DNA of 64,000 nucleotides. Origin: a virus. Each line of letters starts with the position of its first letter. Within the stretch, counting starts at the first letter, position 1. The DNA lies in the IMG/VR virus record IMGVR_UViG_3300021425_000006; one strand, given 5' to 3'. This document shows positions 27,301 to 35,641 of this stretch, in pieces. The translations under genes and the position numbers were made by a program. Below the pieces are notes generated by a model that saw only the letters and a list, made by a program, of their open reading frames with translations, was not told the DNA's origin and did no database searches.

Positions 27301-29730
27301 ATTGGTGGTGCAGGTATAGGACTATTTGGTATAATTGACACATATGATGCAGGTACAAAACGTGCAACAGTAGTTAAGGTATCAGATGGTACAGCAGGTT
27401 GGGATCACGTTGTTCCAGGAACAACATTTGCTGCTCCTAACTCTACATCAACATATCAAATTGAACCAGCAGCAATATTTACAGCACCGCCACAGTCAAA
27501 TACACAAAGAACGCTTAGTGGTGCAACAGAAGTACAAGATGCTGTATTTGTAGAAACATCAGCACAGTACACAGGAGTAGCAACAGTTACTGAATCAGAC
27601 GGTACTGGTGCAACATTTGATATTACTAGAAACGGCGAAAAGTATTATGTTACATTAAATAATGCAGGATCTGGTTATGGTAGATTAAACCACTGTGAAA
27701 TTCCAGGAACTTCATTAGGTGGCGCAACACCTGCAAATGATATTACTATTACAATTACAACAATTAACGCAGCCACAGGTGCTATTGTTGATTTTGACTT
27801 TACTGGAATAGGACAAAAAGGTAGATTTGTTGCAATACCAACTAGTGGAACAGGTGGCCTCAAAAGTGTTGACGGCATTACTTGGACAGCAGAAGCGTTA
27901 CCAACTCCAGGATCAGGTTCATACGAATCAATAGCAACTGGATTATTAGATGACGGATCAAGTGTTTACAAAACAAGTGCTGTAGTTGCTGTATGTGCAG
28001 GAGATAATACAGCGGCATATAGCGTTGATGGAGATACTTGGGCAACTAGTAGTTTACCAGCTGGACTAGCATCTGCAGGCTCTAAGAGCATAGCATTTGG
28101 TAATGTTGGCACTAACGATAATAGATTTGTTGTAACAAGTGTAGGCGATAGAGATGTTGCATTTAGCCAAGACGCAGGTTTAACTTGGTCGCTAAGTTCA
28201 AATGCATTGCCAGCAACTGGATACAATCTAGTAAGATACGGAAAAGGATTGTTTGTTGCAATGAAAACTGGAACTAACGAGACAGTATGGAGTGCAGACG
28301 GTGTTACATGGAGTGCAGGTGCAGGCTTATCTACAGATACATGGACTGACCTAGTTTGGGGTAATGGTCGATTTGTTGCAATAGCAGCAAGTGGAACTAA
28401 AGCAGCATATAGTTTAGATGGTAAAAACTGGACTGATGCAACATTACCAACTGTTGGAACACCAAGAAATATTGCATACGGACAAGGCGTATTTGTTGTT
28501 ACATTCCAAGATGACGCAGATACTATTGTACATTCAGAAAATGGAATACAGTGGACAAGTAAAACTATAACAGCAAATGGAAGTTCAGGATACGGTGCAG
28601 TTGTATTTGGTAATCCAGGACAAGATGGTAAGTTTATATGTCACACATATGACAGTACATCGGTTGCTGAAGAAGTTAAAGTTGGAGCAACAGCAAGAGG
28701 AAGAGCAGCGATTGCAAACGAAAAACTGTTCCAAATTAATATTGAAGAACCAGGAAGCGGCTACACTAGTGCGCCAACAATTACAATTACTGATCCAAAC
28801 AACATTACAGATGTTGAATTACAGGTAAGAGTTGGTAACGGTGCAATAGCAAATCCAACATTTATAAATAGAGGAACAAGTTTTACAACAGCTACAGCTT
28901 CTGTTAACGCAGAAGGAAGTAACGGTAAAGCAGACTTCTTCCAAAACGGAGCATACATTGCTGTTAAGAGATTAACATCAACTCCAGTTCCAGGATCGAA
29001 CGTTGTAATTGCTGGAATACCTGACAAGTTCTTTAAACTTGTTAGTACAGTAAGTTTAACTGGCGTTAACGATGGTTCTAAGAAAGGATTCTTACAACTT
29101 AGTCCATCATTAACAATTAGTGAAGCACCAGCAGACGAAGCAGATACATCAATGCGTATTAGATTTAGTCAGGTACGTTTAACAGGACATGACTTCCTAG
29201 ATATTGGTACTGGTAACTTTGTAGATACTAACTATCCGGGTGTTCCAGTTAATGCACCAGTACAAAGTCAAGAAACAAATGACTTTGACGGTGGTAGAGT
29301 ATTCTACACAGCAACTGACCAAGATGGTAACTTTAGAGTAGGTTCATTGTTTAGTATTGAACAGGCAACTGGTGTTGCAACACTAGATGCTGATGCATTT
29401 AATATTGCAGGACTACAAGAACTATCACTGGGTGAAGTTACACTAGGTGGTAACTCAGCAAGTATTACTGAATTTAGTACAGATCCATTCTTTACAGCAA
29501 ATTCAGATACAGTAGTTCCGACACAAAGAGCTGTAAAAGCGTATATTGAAGCTCAAATTGGTGGTGGTGGTGCATCGCTAAACGTGAACTCAGTAACAGC
29601 AGGCGACATATTTATTAACACCAATCAGATAACAACGGTGTCTGGAGAAACGATAAATATCAAAGCAAACGTTAACTTTAGTGGAAGTGTTCTTGGCTTA
29701 CCACTAGCATTAAATTACATGTTAAGATAA
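21358..29730 (+). CDS. Giant virion protein (2790 aa): CBM-like repeats, cupredoxin-like insert, six phycobiliprotein-like helical repeats, beta-helix, BNR propeller
   Basis: Paralogue of 15794..21310 (MAEFKL start, same C-terminus); six C-x-[RQ]-D...D...G.N repeats; HPF...YYYCYNHSNM. Confidence 0.75.
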   Translation: MAEFKLGRIRFVWKNNWTTGTTYYKDDVIAFGGKVYICVEGHSSAADFFTDLNIVPSKWNLVSDGQSWLGEWAHSTSYVNNNIVKYGSKLYICQTNHTSTTISGTVTRAVTVAVNTQSPGNNVFVLDGTQYPSIQFQHGKTYEFTQDDASNVTHPFLFSTTKNGTHGAGTEYTTGVKYYIDGAEVDDSAAYIAAFDTATNRKITIEPTASTPETLYYYCYNHSNMSIDSEIDIINYGIEADLGNWQTFAEGLDWKGDWTAGYQYRNNDFVKYGGASYVCKTPHTSQASGLETDQANWELLNKGFDYRSEWVASKKYLENDVVRYGAGLWISIANHTSSSAFATDSANWEKFVEGFQYEAEWTWEGSYQTGDVVRYGGNQYIAKQDNTDKIPPLEPTNWDLFSEGFKFIGDWGADSSQYEHKVGDVVRLGGFTYRCILDHQNQQPPNALYWERLNSGFEWRGEWIDEQEYFEGDVVRYGDSSYVCILGHISEGDDYSSDQVGAQGSRPDLADSGQYWSALAIGTEQSVLTTTGDLVYYSGSAPTRLPIGKDGQVLQVNADALPEWAFLGASEDVYYVAEHGKDEPAPIYGQSIDRPFKTIKYAAQQVEQGAKNPEAAKLLELNRRFIQREIVEWTDYQITNNTAPFTSSFTYESSKCERDMGLIVDAIIHDIKHGGNVRSREAALSYVNETAGSPYLTQKAETVASINYGLTVINNVLAQTDPSVNYQTTNGDNSTAVVSQYKDELLGAEPVNADIAANVKIITDAITAGVDTNIPARVINNTLIKVSTGRYIEVLPIIVPAECCIIGDELRAVTVEPRTADNAVLTPKGDFKYTFKGLERMADIVGDIVTGQTVTPTTGNTQSQNQTWPYAETTVVGPEVTRLARSVNDRINVGLGEKRNGNLPTFHTMSDTSAGRARDLVLRNKEFIQAETVAYIADQYPNLNYSRTKCKQDVGLILDSIAYDLTYGGNWMSETAGLAYYNGASGVLQIDSTEKAATIATYGIIKAHSQTVSRDLAVSPTYQSTVTQVSGIGGDAGDATTIGNLFDDIIDIVDNGPSNSSITYPVVTGAAAGLQSAATTLASKKTEIGEQTIDFINNNFGSFKYNSAICRRDLTNIITDVMFDAALGTNYNGVYNGIAYTRPINAYNLANQRVETIGAIRKARDLVLAITSDATAETRIQSSMNEIVDIINNNTGPAVPGDGIADTLSFPSPSGVDQNRVDAKDNLVANREFIKADVVAYVNNNTPPVGYDQAKCARDVGYIVDAMCYDVLYGGTMAATRITESYFGIFGAIYPDGQVTETVAAYNHMSTLLGLIVQESSVTAQSGNSEVQTTLGTPASATEANSIAAGMTIITDALTAGNTDSVPAVVYPDVTWASSAIQSDKTDVDTARPATILSVLQFITDTYNDFKYDHAKCTRDIGLIIDAAAYDWQLGTNYASLITALSYLRAPSSKVVGDQKTATIAANEFAKTLAVQNVGGEADAIAGINTTWQIVQDTLFAGAAEGGMKSVNDQEVFNAIRQLELNKDFIADEVVAYVNDYFSDTVTATAVVVGGSAGGTDSNRLTVTSTAWLDEGMEVKLTNTNSILENSSLFLPNTKYYVKEIISGTQFSLSNSVDGTEVAVDNPWSGSIKIEKAYVYSEAICKRDVKEYVNAMKWDLEWAQTWKRQYKIGNTENALTFYRPGIYKTLLAARYYVNSVIGSQEEDFYYLRNGTGLRLMSMKGLKGDLGPANEFGTQRPTAGAYASLDPGWGPNDQRVWITARSPYVQNCTTFGFGATGQKIDGALHAGGNDSIVSNDFTQVISDGIGAWITNNGRAELVSVFTYYSHVGYLAENGGRIRATNGNNSYGKYGSSAEGVDPTEVPVTAVIDNASQYNATISGVNTNNNEILNVEFSHAGNDYTEALLEFFGPGTNEEVLADEYRDGAMFQTRIIETTPDTAGGTGYTSVSNVAQSGGTTYVDLSSTDGNVSSAYIGMRVQIIGGAGIGLFGIIDTYDAGTKRATVVKVSDGTAGWDHVVPGTTFAAPNSTSTYQIEPAAIFTAPPQSNTQRTLSGATEVQDAVFVETSAQYTGVATVTESDGTGATFDITRNGEKYYVTLNNAGSGYGRLNHCEIPGTSLGGATPANDITITITTINAATGAIVDFDFTGIGQKGRFVAIPTSGTGGLKSVDGITWTAEALPTPGSGSYESIATGLLDDGSSVYKTSAVVAVCAGDNTAAYSVDGDTWATSSLPAGLASAGSKSIAFGNVGTNDNRFVVTSVGDRDVAFSQDAGLTWSLSSNALPATGYNLVRYGKGLFVAMKTGTNETVWSADGVTWSAGAGLSTDTWTDLVWGNGRFVAIAASGTKAAYSLDGKNWTDATLPTVGTPRNIAYGQGVFVVTFQDDADTIVHSENGIQWTSKTITANGSSGYGAVVFGNPGQDGKFICHTYDSTSVAEEVKVGATARGRAAIANEKLFQINIEEPGSGYTSAPTITITDPNNITDVELQVRVGNGAIANPTFINRGTSFTTATASVNAEGSNGKADFFQNGAYIAVKRLTSTPVPGSNVVIAGIPDKFFKLVSTVSLTGVNDGSKKGFLQLSPSLTISEAPADEADTSMRIRFSQVRLTGHDFLDIGTGNFVDTNYPGVPVNAPVQSQETNDFDGGRVFYTATDQDGNFRVGSLFSIEQATGVATLDADAFNIAGLQELSLGEVTLGGNSASITEFSTDPFFTANSDTVVPTQRAVKAYIEAQIGGGGASLNVNSVTAGDIFINTNQITTVSGETINIKANVNFSGSVLGLPLALNYMLR

Positions 29731-29747
29731 CATTAGGAGAAAACAAA

Positions 29748-30068
29748 ATGGCAACAGGAATTTTAGGAACAGCAGATTTAAGTGCAAATACAGATACAAC
29801 TGTATACACTGTACCTGCTAGTACATTTGCAGTAGTAACTGTTAGTGTATCAAATAGATCAGCAAATAACAGAGCTGTTCGTGTAGCATTAGCTGCTTCA
29901 GGAACACCAACTAATGCAGAGTATATTGAATTTGACTCACAGTTAATTGGTAATGGTGTACTTGAAAGAGGCGGAATTGTTATTGATGCGAGCAAAAATA
30001 TTGTATGTAGATGCGACAGTACAGATGTAAGTGTTGTAGTATACGGTATTGAAACCTCAACAGTTTAA
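29748..30068 (+). CDS. Small structural partner protein
   Basis: MATGILG..DL.A.T.TTVYTVPA..FAVVTVSV.NR...LER.GIV; SD AGGAG. Confidence 0.7.
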   Translation: MATGILGTADLSANTDTTVYTVPASTFAVVTVSVSNRSANNRAVRVALAASGTPTNAEYIEFDSQLIGNGVLERGGIVIDASKNIVCRCDSTDVSVVVYGIETSTV

Positions 30069-30079
30069 GGAGAATAATA

Positions 30080-30991
30080 ATGCGTAGAATTACAACAGGT
30101 GTACAGGGTGGTCCGGTTTTAGGTACATTCACTGCCAAAGAGAATAACTTACAAACTATTGAAGACAATGTCGATATGGTGCTCGACCCAAACGGAACTG
30201 GTGAAGTAAAAGCTGCGAAACATGTTCAAATTAATGGTGAAAAAAGTTTAAAATTAGCAGATGCAGCAAGTAGTAATTATGCTGGGTTTAAAGCACCAAG
30301 CACTTTAGGAGGCAGTTATACATTAACTATGCCATCAGCATTACCATCAGCAAATGGTTATGCAATAACAAGTGATACAAGTGGTAACTTGTCATTTGGG
30401 GATATTAGTTTTGAAACAACAAACCAAACAGGAGACTCGGGCACCTATTACGTTGCCATAATGGATGATGCCGATGCTAATGATGGTAGTGTTACAGGCT
30501 TAAATTATAGTGGCGGAAAACTGTCATTTGTTCCTGCATCTGGTATGTTATCAGCAACAGCAATTACTACAACCGCTAATAGTAGCTTAGGTGGTACTAC
30601 AACAATAAGCACTATTGACTGTAATGGCGGTAATATTGATGGTACAACAATTGGCGGGGCATCTAGAGCTGCTGGTAGTTTTACTACAATGACAGCAACT
30701 AGTATTGTAGAGGATTCAAGTATTGCTCTTAAAGAAAACGTTAATCCTATTACTAATGCATTAGAAAATGTATTAAAATTATCAGGTGTTACATATGATC
30801 GTAAAGACGGAAGTACAAAGGACGAAGCTGGATTAATTGCAGAAGATGTTTATAATGTATTGCCAAACCTAGTTAAACTAGATGATGCTGGTAAACCACT
30901 TGGTATTAACTATACCAAACTTACAGCATATTTGATTGAGTCTGTTAAAACATTAACAAACGAAATCGCTGAATTGAAAAAAAGTAAATAG
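30080..30991 (+). CDS. Tail fibre protein with C-terminal peptidase S74 intramolecular chaperone
   Basis: SS..LKENV.PI.NAL..V.KL.GVTY......EAGLIAEDV..VLP.LV......INY.KL.AYLIESVK.L. Confidence 0.85.
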   Translation: MRRITTGVQGGPVLGTFTAKENNLQTIEDNVDMVLDPNGTGEVKAAKHVQINGEKSLKLADAASSNYAGFKAPSTLGGSYTLTMPSALPSANGYAITSDTSGNLSFGDISFETTNQTGDSGTYYVAIMDDADANDGSVTGLNYSGGKLSFVPASGMLSATAITTTANSSLGGTTTISTIDCNGGNIDGTTIGGASRAAGSFTTMTATSIVEDSSIALKENVNPITNALENVLKLSGVTYDRKDGSTKDEAGLIAEDVYNVLPNLVKLDDAGKPLGINYTKLTAYLIESVKTLTNEIAELKKSK

Positions 30992-31003
30992 GGAGTAAGC
31001 CTA

Positions 31004-31966
31004 GTGGCAACTTTAAAGAACACAGTTATAAACTCAACTAATCAGACTACCCTTCCTAAAGGTACAACAGCCCAACGCCCTTCTAATCCAGGCGACGGTG
31101 CTATGAGATTTAATACCGACTTAGGATATGTTGAATATTATTTTAAGGGATTTTGGGCAGATGTTAGAACGGGTCAAGGCGCATTTATGCGTAGGAACTG
31201 TGTTATGCATTTAGATGCTACATTGCCAGAATCGTATCCAGGTAACGGAAGTGTATGGTATGACCTGTCAGGTAATGCTAACAATATGAATGTTGCAACT
31301 AATGCTTGGCAAAATAGTTCGTTAGGAACAGGCCCGCACATTAAAGGAACTACTACTACTAATGAAGGTGATCAAAATTATGGTGTAGACGGGTACTTTG
31401 ATTTTAATGGTAGTTATGGTCAAGCTAAGACAGCTTCTGATATCTCACTAGAGGGTGATGTAACATATTATTGTGTTTCAAGAGTAAAAACTAGCACAAG
31501 TGAGTGGAGAACACTCACAAGATCTTACAGTGCTGATCATCATGTAATAATACGAAGTGGCGCTTATAATGTTGGTACGTATGACAACAATAGTTCCGGC
31601 TTTATCGACAGTGGTGCAAATCAAGACACACAATTTCCTTGTTACAGTAGCGATCAGTATACTGGTACTTCTAGCGGAAGTACTATGAGAATGTTTGCTG
31701 TTTATGCATGGAGTTGGAGTAATAGTGATAATCCAACATATAAGTTTTTTATTAATGGATTTCTTGCAGGAACTATAACAAACTCAAACGCAAGATATAA
31801 TAGAGGATTTGGTTCTTTAGGCGGATATCATAGTGGTAGTACTAGTGTTACTACTGGTAGCCAGTACTGGGGAGATATTAAGTTTTTCTCAGCACACTCT
31901 GATAGACATACCGACGAAGAAATTAGAAACAATACGCACTCTTTAAGACATAGATTTGGAATATAA
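31004..31966 (+). CDS. Putative receptor-binding/tail protein with LamG/concanavalin-like domain
   Basis: N-terminal LPKGTTAQRP module, then HLDA...SYPG.GS.WYDLSGN.N...FDFNG; GTG start with SD GGGAG. Confidence 0.7.
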   Translation: MATLKNTVINSTNQTTLPKGTTAQRPSNPGDGAMRFNTDLGYVEYYFKGFWADVRTGQGAFMRRNCVMHLDATLPESYPGNGSVWYDLSGNANNMNVATNAWQNSSLGTGPHIKGTTTTNEGDQNYGVDGYFDFNGSYGQAKTASDISLEGDVTYYCVSRVKTSTSEWRTLTRSYSADHHVIIRSGAYNVGTYDNNSSGFIDSGANQDTQFPCYSSDQYTGTSSGSTMRMFAVYAWSWSNSDNPTYKFFINGFLAGTITNSNARYNRGFGSLGGYHSGSTSVTTGSQYWGDIKFFSAHSDRHTDEEIRNNTHSLRHRFGI

Positions 31967-31969
31967 CAC

Positions 31970-33007
31970 ATGGCACAACTATTAGATACAAATTTTAATG
32001 ATACTGGATATTTAAGATTACCTGTAGGAACTGATGCTGATAGACCAGCAAACGAAGTAGGTGCAGTAAGATTAAATAGTAATTTAGGAATCGTTGAATA
32101 TTGGGACGGTTATGCTTGGGCATCTAACAGTGTTGCATTTCCGCATAGAACAATTATTACTACATCATATGTACTTGGTGGATACAAAAGTGCAGCTGTT
32201 TGGAATAATGTTAATAAGTGTTTTAATTCTACTGATACTACAATTAATCTAGGCGATGGCACTTTAGAAAGAGCATTTAACTATCAATGGGGAGCATGTA
32301 GTAAAGATTATACGTATGTCTTTGGTGCAGGTAATGCTCACGTTGCAAGCTCAAACTATGTTATTGCTTTCAATATGAGAACAGAAACTAATGCTACTGA
32401 TATTTCACGTAATTTAAGTTATAATAGAATACGTTTAGGTGGAGTTTTCCAAGAAGATGTACTTGCATTTACTGTTGGCGGAGGATCTGCTAATATTGAA
32501 GAATACAACATGGTTACAAAATCAGTTGTGAGCGTACTTAGTCCTACGTATACTTCAGCTTCAGCTTGGGGTGCTAGTCATGAAACTTATGGCATTATGT
32601 TTACGTCTAACGATAATAGAAACTTTACATTTGCAACAAGAACACTTACATCTAGAGGCGGCACTACAATAAGTAATCACCACCAACAGAAATCAATACA
32701 GAGTAAACACAACTATGCATGGTGCGGCGCTAATGGGTCTTACCAAGGCGGCTATACGTATCGAAAAACTAATTTTATTACTAATAGTACATCAGGAACT
32801 GTAAATAAACCTCTTGGTAATTGCGGTGAAGAAAACTATACAATGGGTCAAGACCATCAGTATATGCTAGGACAATATAACGGACTACAGAATAACTTAT
32901 CACACAGATGGAATTATAATACAGATTCAGGCTTCCAGTTAGGCGCATCAGGCGAACCTAAAGGTAAAGCAGGAATGAGTAGTGCTGTGTGCGGATGGAA
33001 CAACTAA
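31970..33007 (+). CDS. Tail-associated Kelch-like beta-propeller protein
   Basis: N-terminal anchor module; YVLGGY, YVFGAG, YMLGQY blade motifs. Confidence 0.6.
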   Translation: MAQLLDTNFNDTGYLRLPVGTDADRPANEVGAVRLNSNLGIVEYWDGYAWASNSVAFPHRTIITTSYVLGGYKSAAVWNNVNKCFNSTDTTINLGDGTLERAFNYQWGACSKDYTYVFGAGNAHVASSNYVIAFNMRTETNATDISRNLSYNRIRLGGVFQEDVLAFTVGGGSANIEEYNMVTKSVVSVLSPTYTSASAWGASHETYGIMFTSNDNRNFTFATRTLTSRGGTTISNHHQQKSIQSKHNYAWCGANGSYQGGYTYRKTNFITNSTSGTVNKPLGNCGEENYTMGQDHQYMLGQYNGLQNNLSHRWNYNTDSGFQLGASGEPKGKAGMSSAVCGWNN

Positions 33008-33018
33008 AGGAATAATAA

Positions 33019-34110
33019 ATGGCAACGTTAAAGAACAGTCACATTAACGATTCAGGATACTTAAGAGTACCTAGGGGAACTACTGGACAAAGATCAAACA
33101 ATCCAGAAGGTGCATTACGTTATAACACTGACAAAGGTGCAGTTGAATATTATTCCACACTTCATAATAGTGCTTGGCAAGACTTTACAATTCCTTGGTA
33201 TACAAGACAAATTGTTACAGCCGGTTATGTTATGGGTGGATACAAAAGTTCAGCTGTTTGGAAAAACGTAAACAGAACAGACCATTCGACAGATACTTCT
33301 ACTGACTTAGGAGACTTATTAGATAGAACAGGAAACTATAAAGCTGGTGCTGTAGGACTAGACAGGGCGTTCTATTTTGGAACAACAAACGCACACAATG
33401 CTAGTGGTAATATTACTAGTGGATTTAGTATGCGTACAGATACAGCATTTGCATGTCAAGCAGGTTCTAATATGGCTAATAGTAGAGGTCATATGGGAGC
33501 AATATTTAAAGAACACTTAGCAACTTGGATTACAGGTGGCGGAAGATCAGATGTTGAACGATTTGACAATATTACAGAAATAATGTATGCTAGACCAGGT
33601 CTAAGTACTACAGCCGGCCAGGGCGGATCAACAGCAGGCGGACCTTGGGGTATTAGTGCAGAAAACTATGGAACATGGTATATGGGCGAAGGTTATAGTG
33701 GCACAGTTTATTGCTGGAATTTCCAATTTGCAAGTGAGACATTATTATCAAGAAGTGGTACACAACCAGGATATCATTTCCAACAAAAGTCTATAGCTTC
33801 TAAATTAGTTCACGGGTATGCCGGAAACAACGGAAGCTGGGCAGGCGGCTACACATATCGTAGAACTAATCATCTTACAGATACAACAGCAAGTGGAAGT
33901 TATATGAATAAAGCATATACTAACTGTGGTGAAGAAAACTACACGTTAGGCAATGATAAATCATATATGTTAGGACAATACAACGGACTACAAAATAACT
34001 TAGCTGCTAAATTTGTATACGCAACAGAAACCCAAACACAGGGTGCATCATCAATGGAGCCTAAAGGGCCAGCTGGACGAAGTTCAGGTTTCGGCGCTTG
34101 GAGAGCGTAG
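33019..34110 (+). CDS. Tail-associated Kelch-like beta-propeller protein, paralogue of the upstream gene
   Basis: GGYKSSAVW.NVN and NCGEENYT.G.D..YMLGQYNGLQNN shared with 31970..33007. Confidence 0.6.
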   Translation: MATLKNSHINDSGYLRVPRGTTGQRSNNPEGALRYNTDKGAVEYYSTLHNSAWQDFTIPWYTRQIVTAGYVMGGYKSSAVWKNVNRTDHSTDTSTDLGDLLDRTGNYKAGAVGLDRAFYFGTTNAHNASGNITSGFSMRTDTAFACQAGSNMANSRGHMGAIFKEHLATWITGGGRSDVERFDNITEIMYARPGLSTTAGQGGSTAGGPWGISAENYGTWYMGEGYSGTVYCWNFQFASETLLSRSGTQPGYHFQQKSIASKLVHGYAGNNGSWAGGYTYRRTNHLTDTTASGSYMNKAYTNCGEENYTLGNDKSYMLGQYNGLQNNLAAKFVYATETQTQGASSMEPKGPAGRSSGFGAWRA

Positions 34111-34116
34111 TCTAGT

Positions 34117-34122
34117 TAAATA
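34117..34122 (+). promoter_or_regulatory. TAAATA late promoter
   Basis: GTTAAATA upstream of SD AGGAG and ATG 34165. Confidence 0.6.
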
Positions 34123-34164
34123 CTCGTATAAGTAATACTTGATATTATTTTTTAGGAGATATAA

Positions 34165-35058
34165 ATGACAGACAACAATATTGACAAAAAAGTCGATAGA
34201 CAACAGCAGTATTTTAGTGATGCGCCAACAATGCCACTAACTACTAATGTAGATCAATTATCAGAAAAAGATAAAGAAACATTAAGTTCTGCTTATAATA
34301 AGCAATGGACTAATCCAAAATTTAAACTAAAATGGTTTGTTGGACAAACACAAATTACCCCATTTGCAAAATTACGTCAGTGGATGTTAGAACTTAGAAG
34401 TAGGGAAGAATCATTACAACAAATTTTGTACGATAATCAAAAGTGGGAAGTTGAACGAGATCGCAATCAATGGATTGCTGATAATACTGAAGATCAATTT
34501 GATAAAAGATTAGCACAAATTGAAGCTGATAACGAATCTAAAAATTTAGATCAGTCTCGTAAAAAACTACGTGAATATTATCTTGAAAGACAAAATCTAA
34601 TTGACCTTATTAATGAGTTTTTAGAGTCAGACGAAGCATTACTTCCAGATGGTTCAGGCAGAACTTATATGGATATTCTAAACACTGAAGAAGAAGATGT
34701 ATACGAAGCAGAGTATTGGACAAATAGATTAGCAAAACAAGCATCAGCAGATCTAGTATTCTATGGCAGAATTAATACAGGAAACATGGATGCTATTTTA
34801 AGTATGGCTCCAGAACAACAAACTGAAACATTAGGACTTGCCCTTAGTTATGCATCTCAGTTACAACAGGTTCAAACTAACTTGCAACTTGAAGTAGACG
34901 AAAAATTAAAGTTGGGAGCTCAACCAACTAAAGATTTGCTAACTCCGCAGCCGATGCAAGAACAGATAACCGAGCAAGAACCAGGGCAGGCTTTTGACAG
35001 AGATACTTTTGAGCCAGTTAACAATAAGGATGACGACTTTGATTTATATAATTCATGA
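34165..35058 (+). CDS. Hypothetical coiled-coil protein
   Basis: FVG..QITP..KLRQW.LEL..RE and YW..RLAKQA..D....GRI..GN.DAI motifs; helical. Confidence 0.75.
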   Translation: MTDNNIDKKVDRQQQYFSDAPTMPLTTNVDQLSEKDKETLSSAYNKQWTNPKFKLKWFVGQTQITPFAKLRQWMLELRSREESLQQILYDNQKWEVERDRNQWIADNTEDQFDKRLAQIEADNESKNLDQSRKKLREYYLERQNLIDLINEFLESDEALLPDGSGRTYMDILNTEEEDVYEAEYWTNRLAKQASADLVFYGRINTGNMDAILSMAPEQQTETLGLALSYASQLQQVQTNLQLEVDEKLKLGAQPTKDLLTPQPMQEQITEQEPGQAFDRDTFEPVNNKDDDFDLYNS

Positions 35059-35572
35059 AACAATCTCGGGTAATGATCCTCGCTGGTTGCCCGGCATGGA
35101 GAGAATTGGAGATTTTTGGAGTTATACTGTAAGCACAGCACCCGACGGAACCTTTGTTGATTGGTTAAATGGTGCTGTTGTTCCAGAAAAAGTAGCAAAG
35201 TCATATAAGTTTGTAACAGCACTAAACGGAGAAATACCAGTAGCAAAGAAAACTGATATATACGAACAAATTGTTCAAGATACCGGTGATACACATACTG
35301 AAGAAGGTCCTAAATTTTATTACGAGTTGTCTGAGCAAGATACTAATAACGGCCTTCAGTTTTTAAAGACTGTTATGAATTTGCACATTAAAAATAAATT
35401 AGATGCAAACAATGGATACATTCCTGCGTTAACTAAAATGGGCAATGAAGTTACTACATTAGATGAATGTCAGCGTTTGATGTATAATTATTTTGAGTGT
35501 AATTTCCCTGCAACTAATTTAACTCCTCGTACTCCAACATTTAAAGTTAATTGGTCCGAAAAAGAAACATAA
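35030..35572 (+). CDS. Hypothetical protein
   Basis: Start likely ATG 35030 or TTG 35039 (SD AAGGA at 35026); overlaps the end of the upstream gene. Confidence 0.7.
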   Translation: MTTLIYIIHETISGNDPRWLPGMERIGDFWSYTVSTAPDGTFVDWLNGAVVPEKVAKSYKFVTALNGEIPVAKKTDIYEQIVQDTGDTHTEEGPKFYYELSEQDTNNGLQFLKTVMNLHIKNKLDANNGYIPALTKMGNEVTTLDECQRLMYNYFECNFPATNLTPRTPTFKVNWSEKET

Positions 35573-35578
35573 TTCAAC

Positions 35579-35607
35579 TTGACACGGAACGCATTATATG
35601 CTATACT
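35579..35607 (+). promoter_or_regulatory. Consensus sigma70-type promoter with extended -10
   Basis: TTGACA (35579-84), 17 bp spacer ending TG-C, TATACT (35602-07). Confidence 0.85.
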
Positions 35608-35641
35608 AAGTATAAAATATAGCTATACTAGTGAGACATGA

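Noticed and set aside
4039-29995. Many 60-180 aa antisense or alternate-frame ORFs inside the giant genes
   Set aside because: Shadow ORFs from biased codon usage and repeats; no SD, promoter or recognisable motifs
31970-34110. Possible diversity-generating retroelement (similar 3' ends of two receptor-like genes)
   Set aside because: No reverse transcriptase in the window; differences are not adenine-specific and both copies are full coding paralogues
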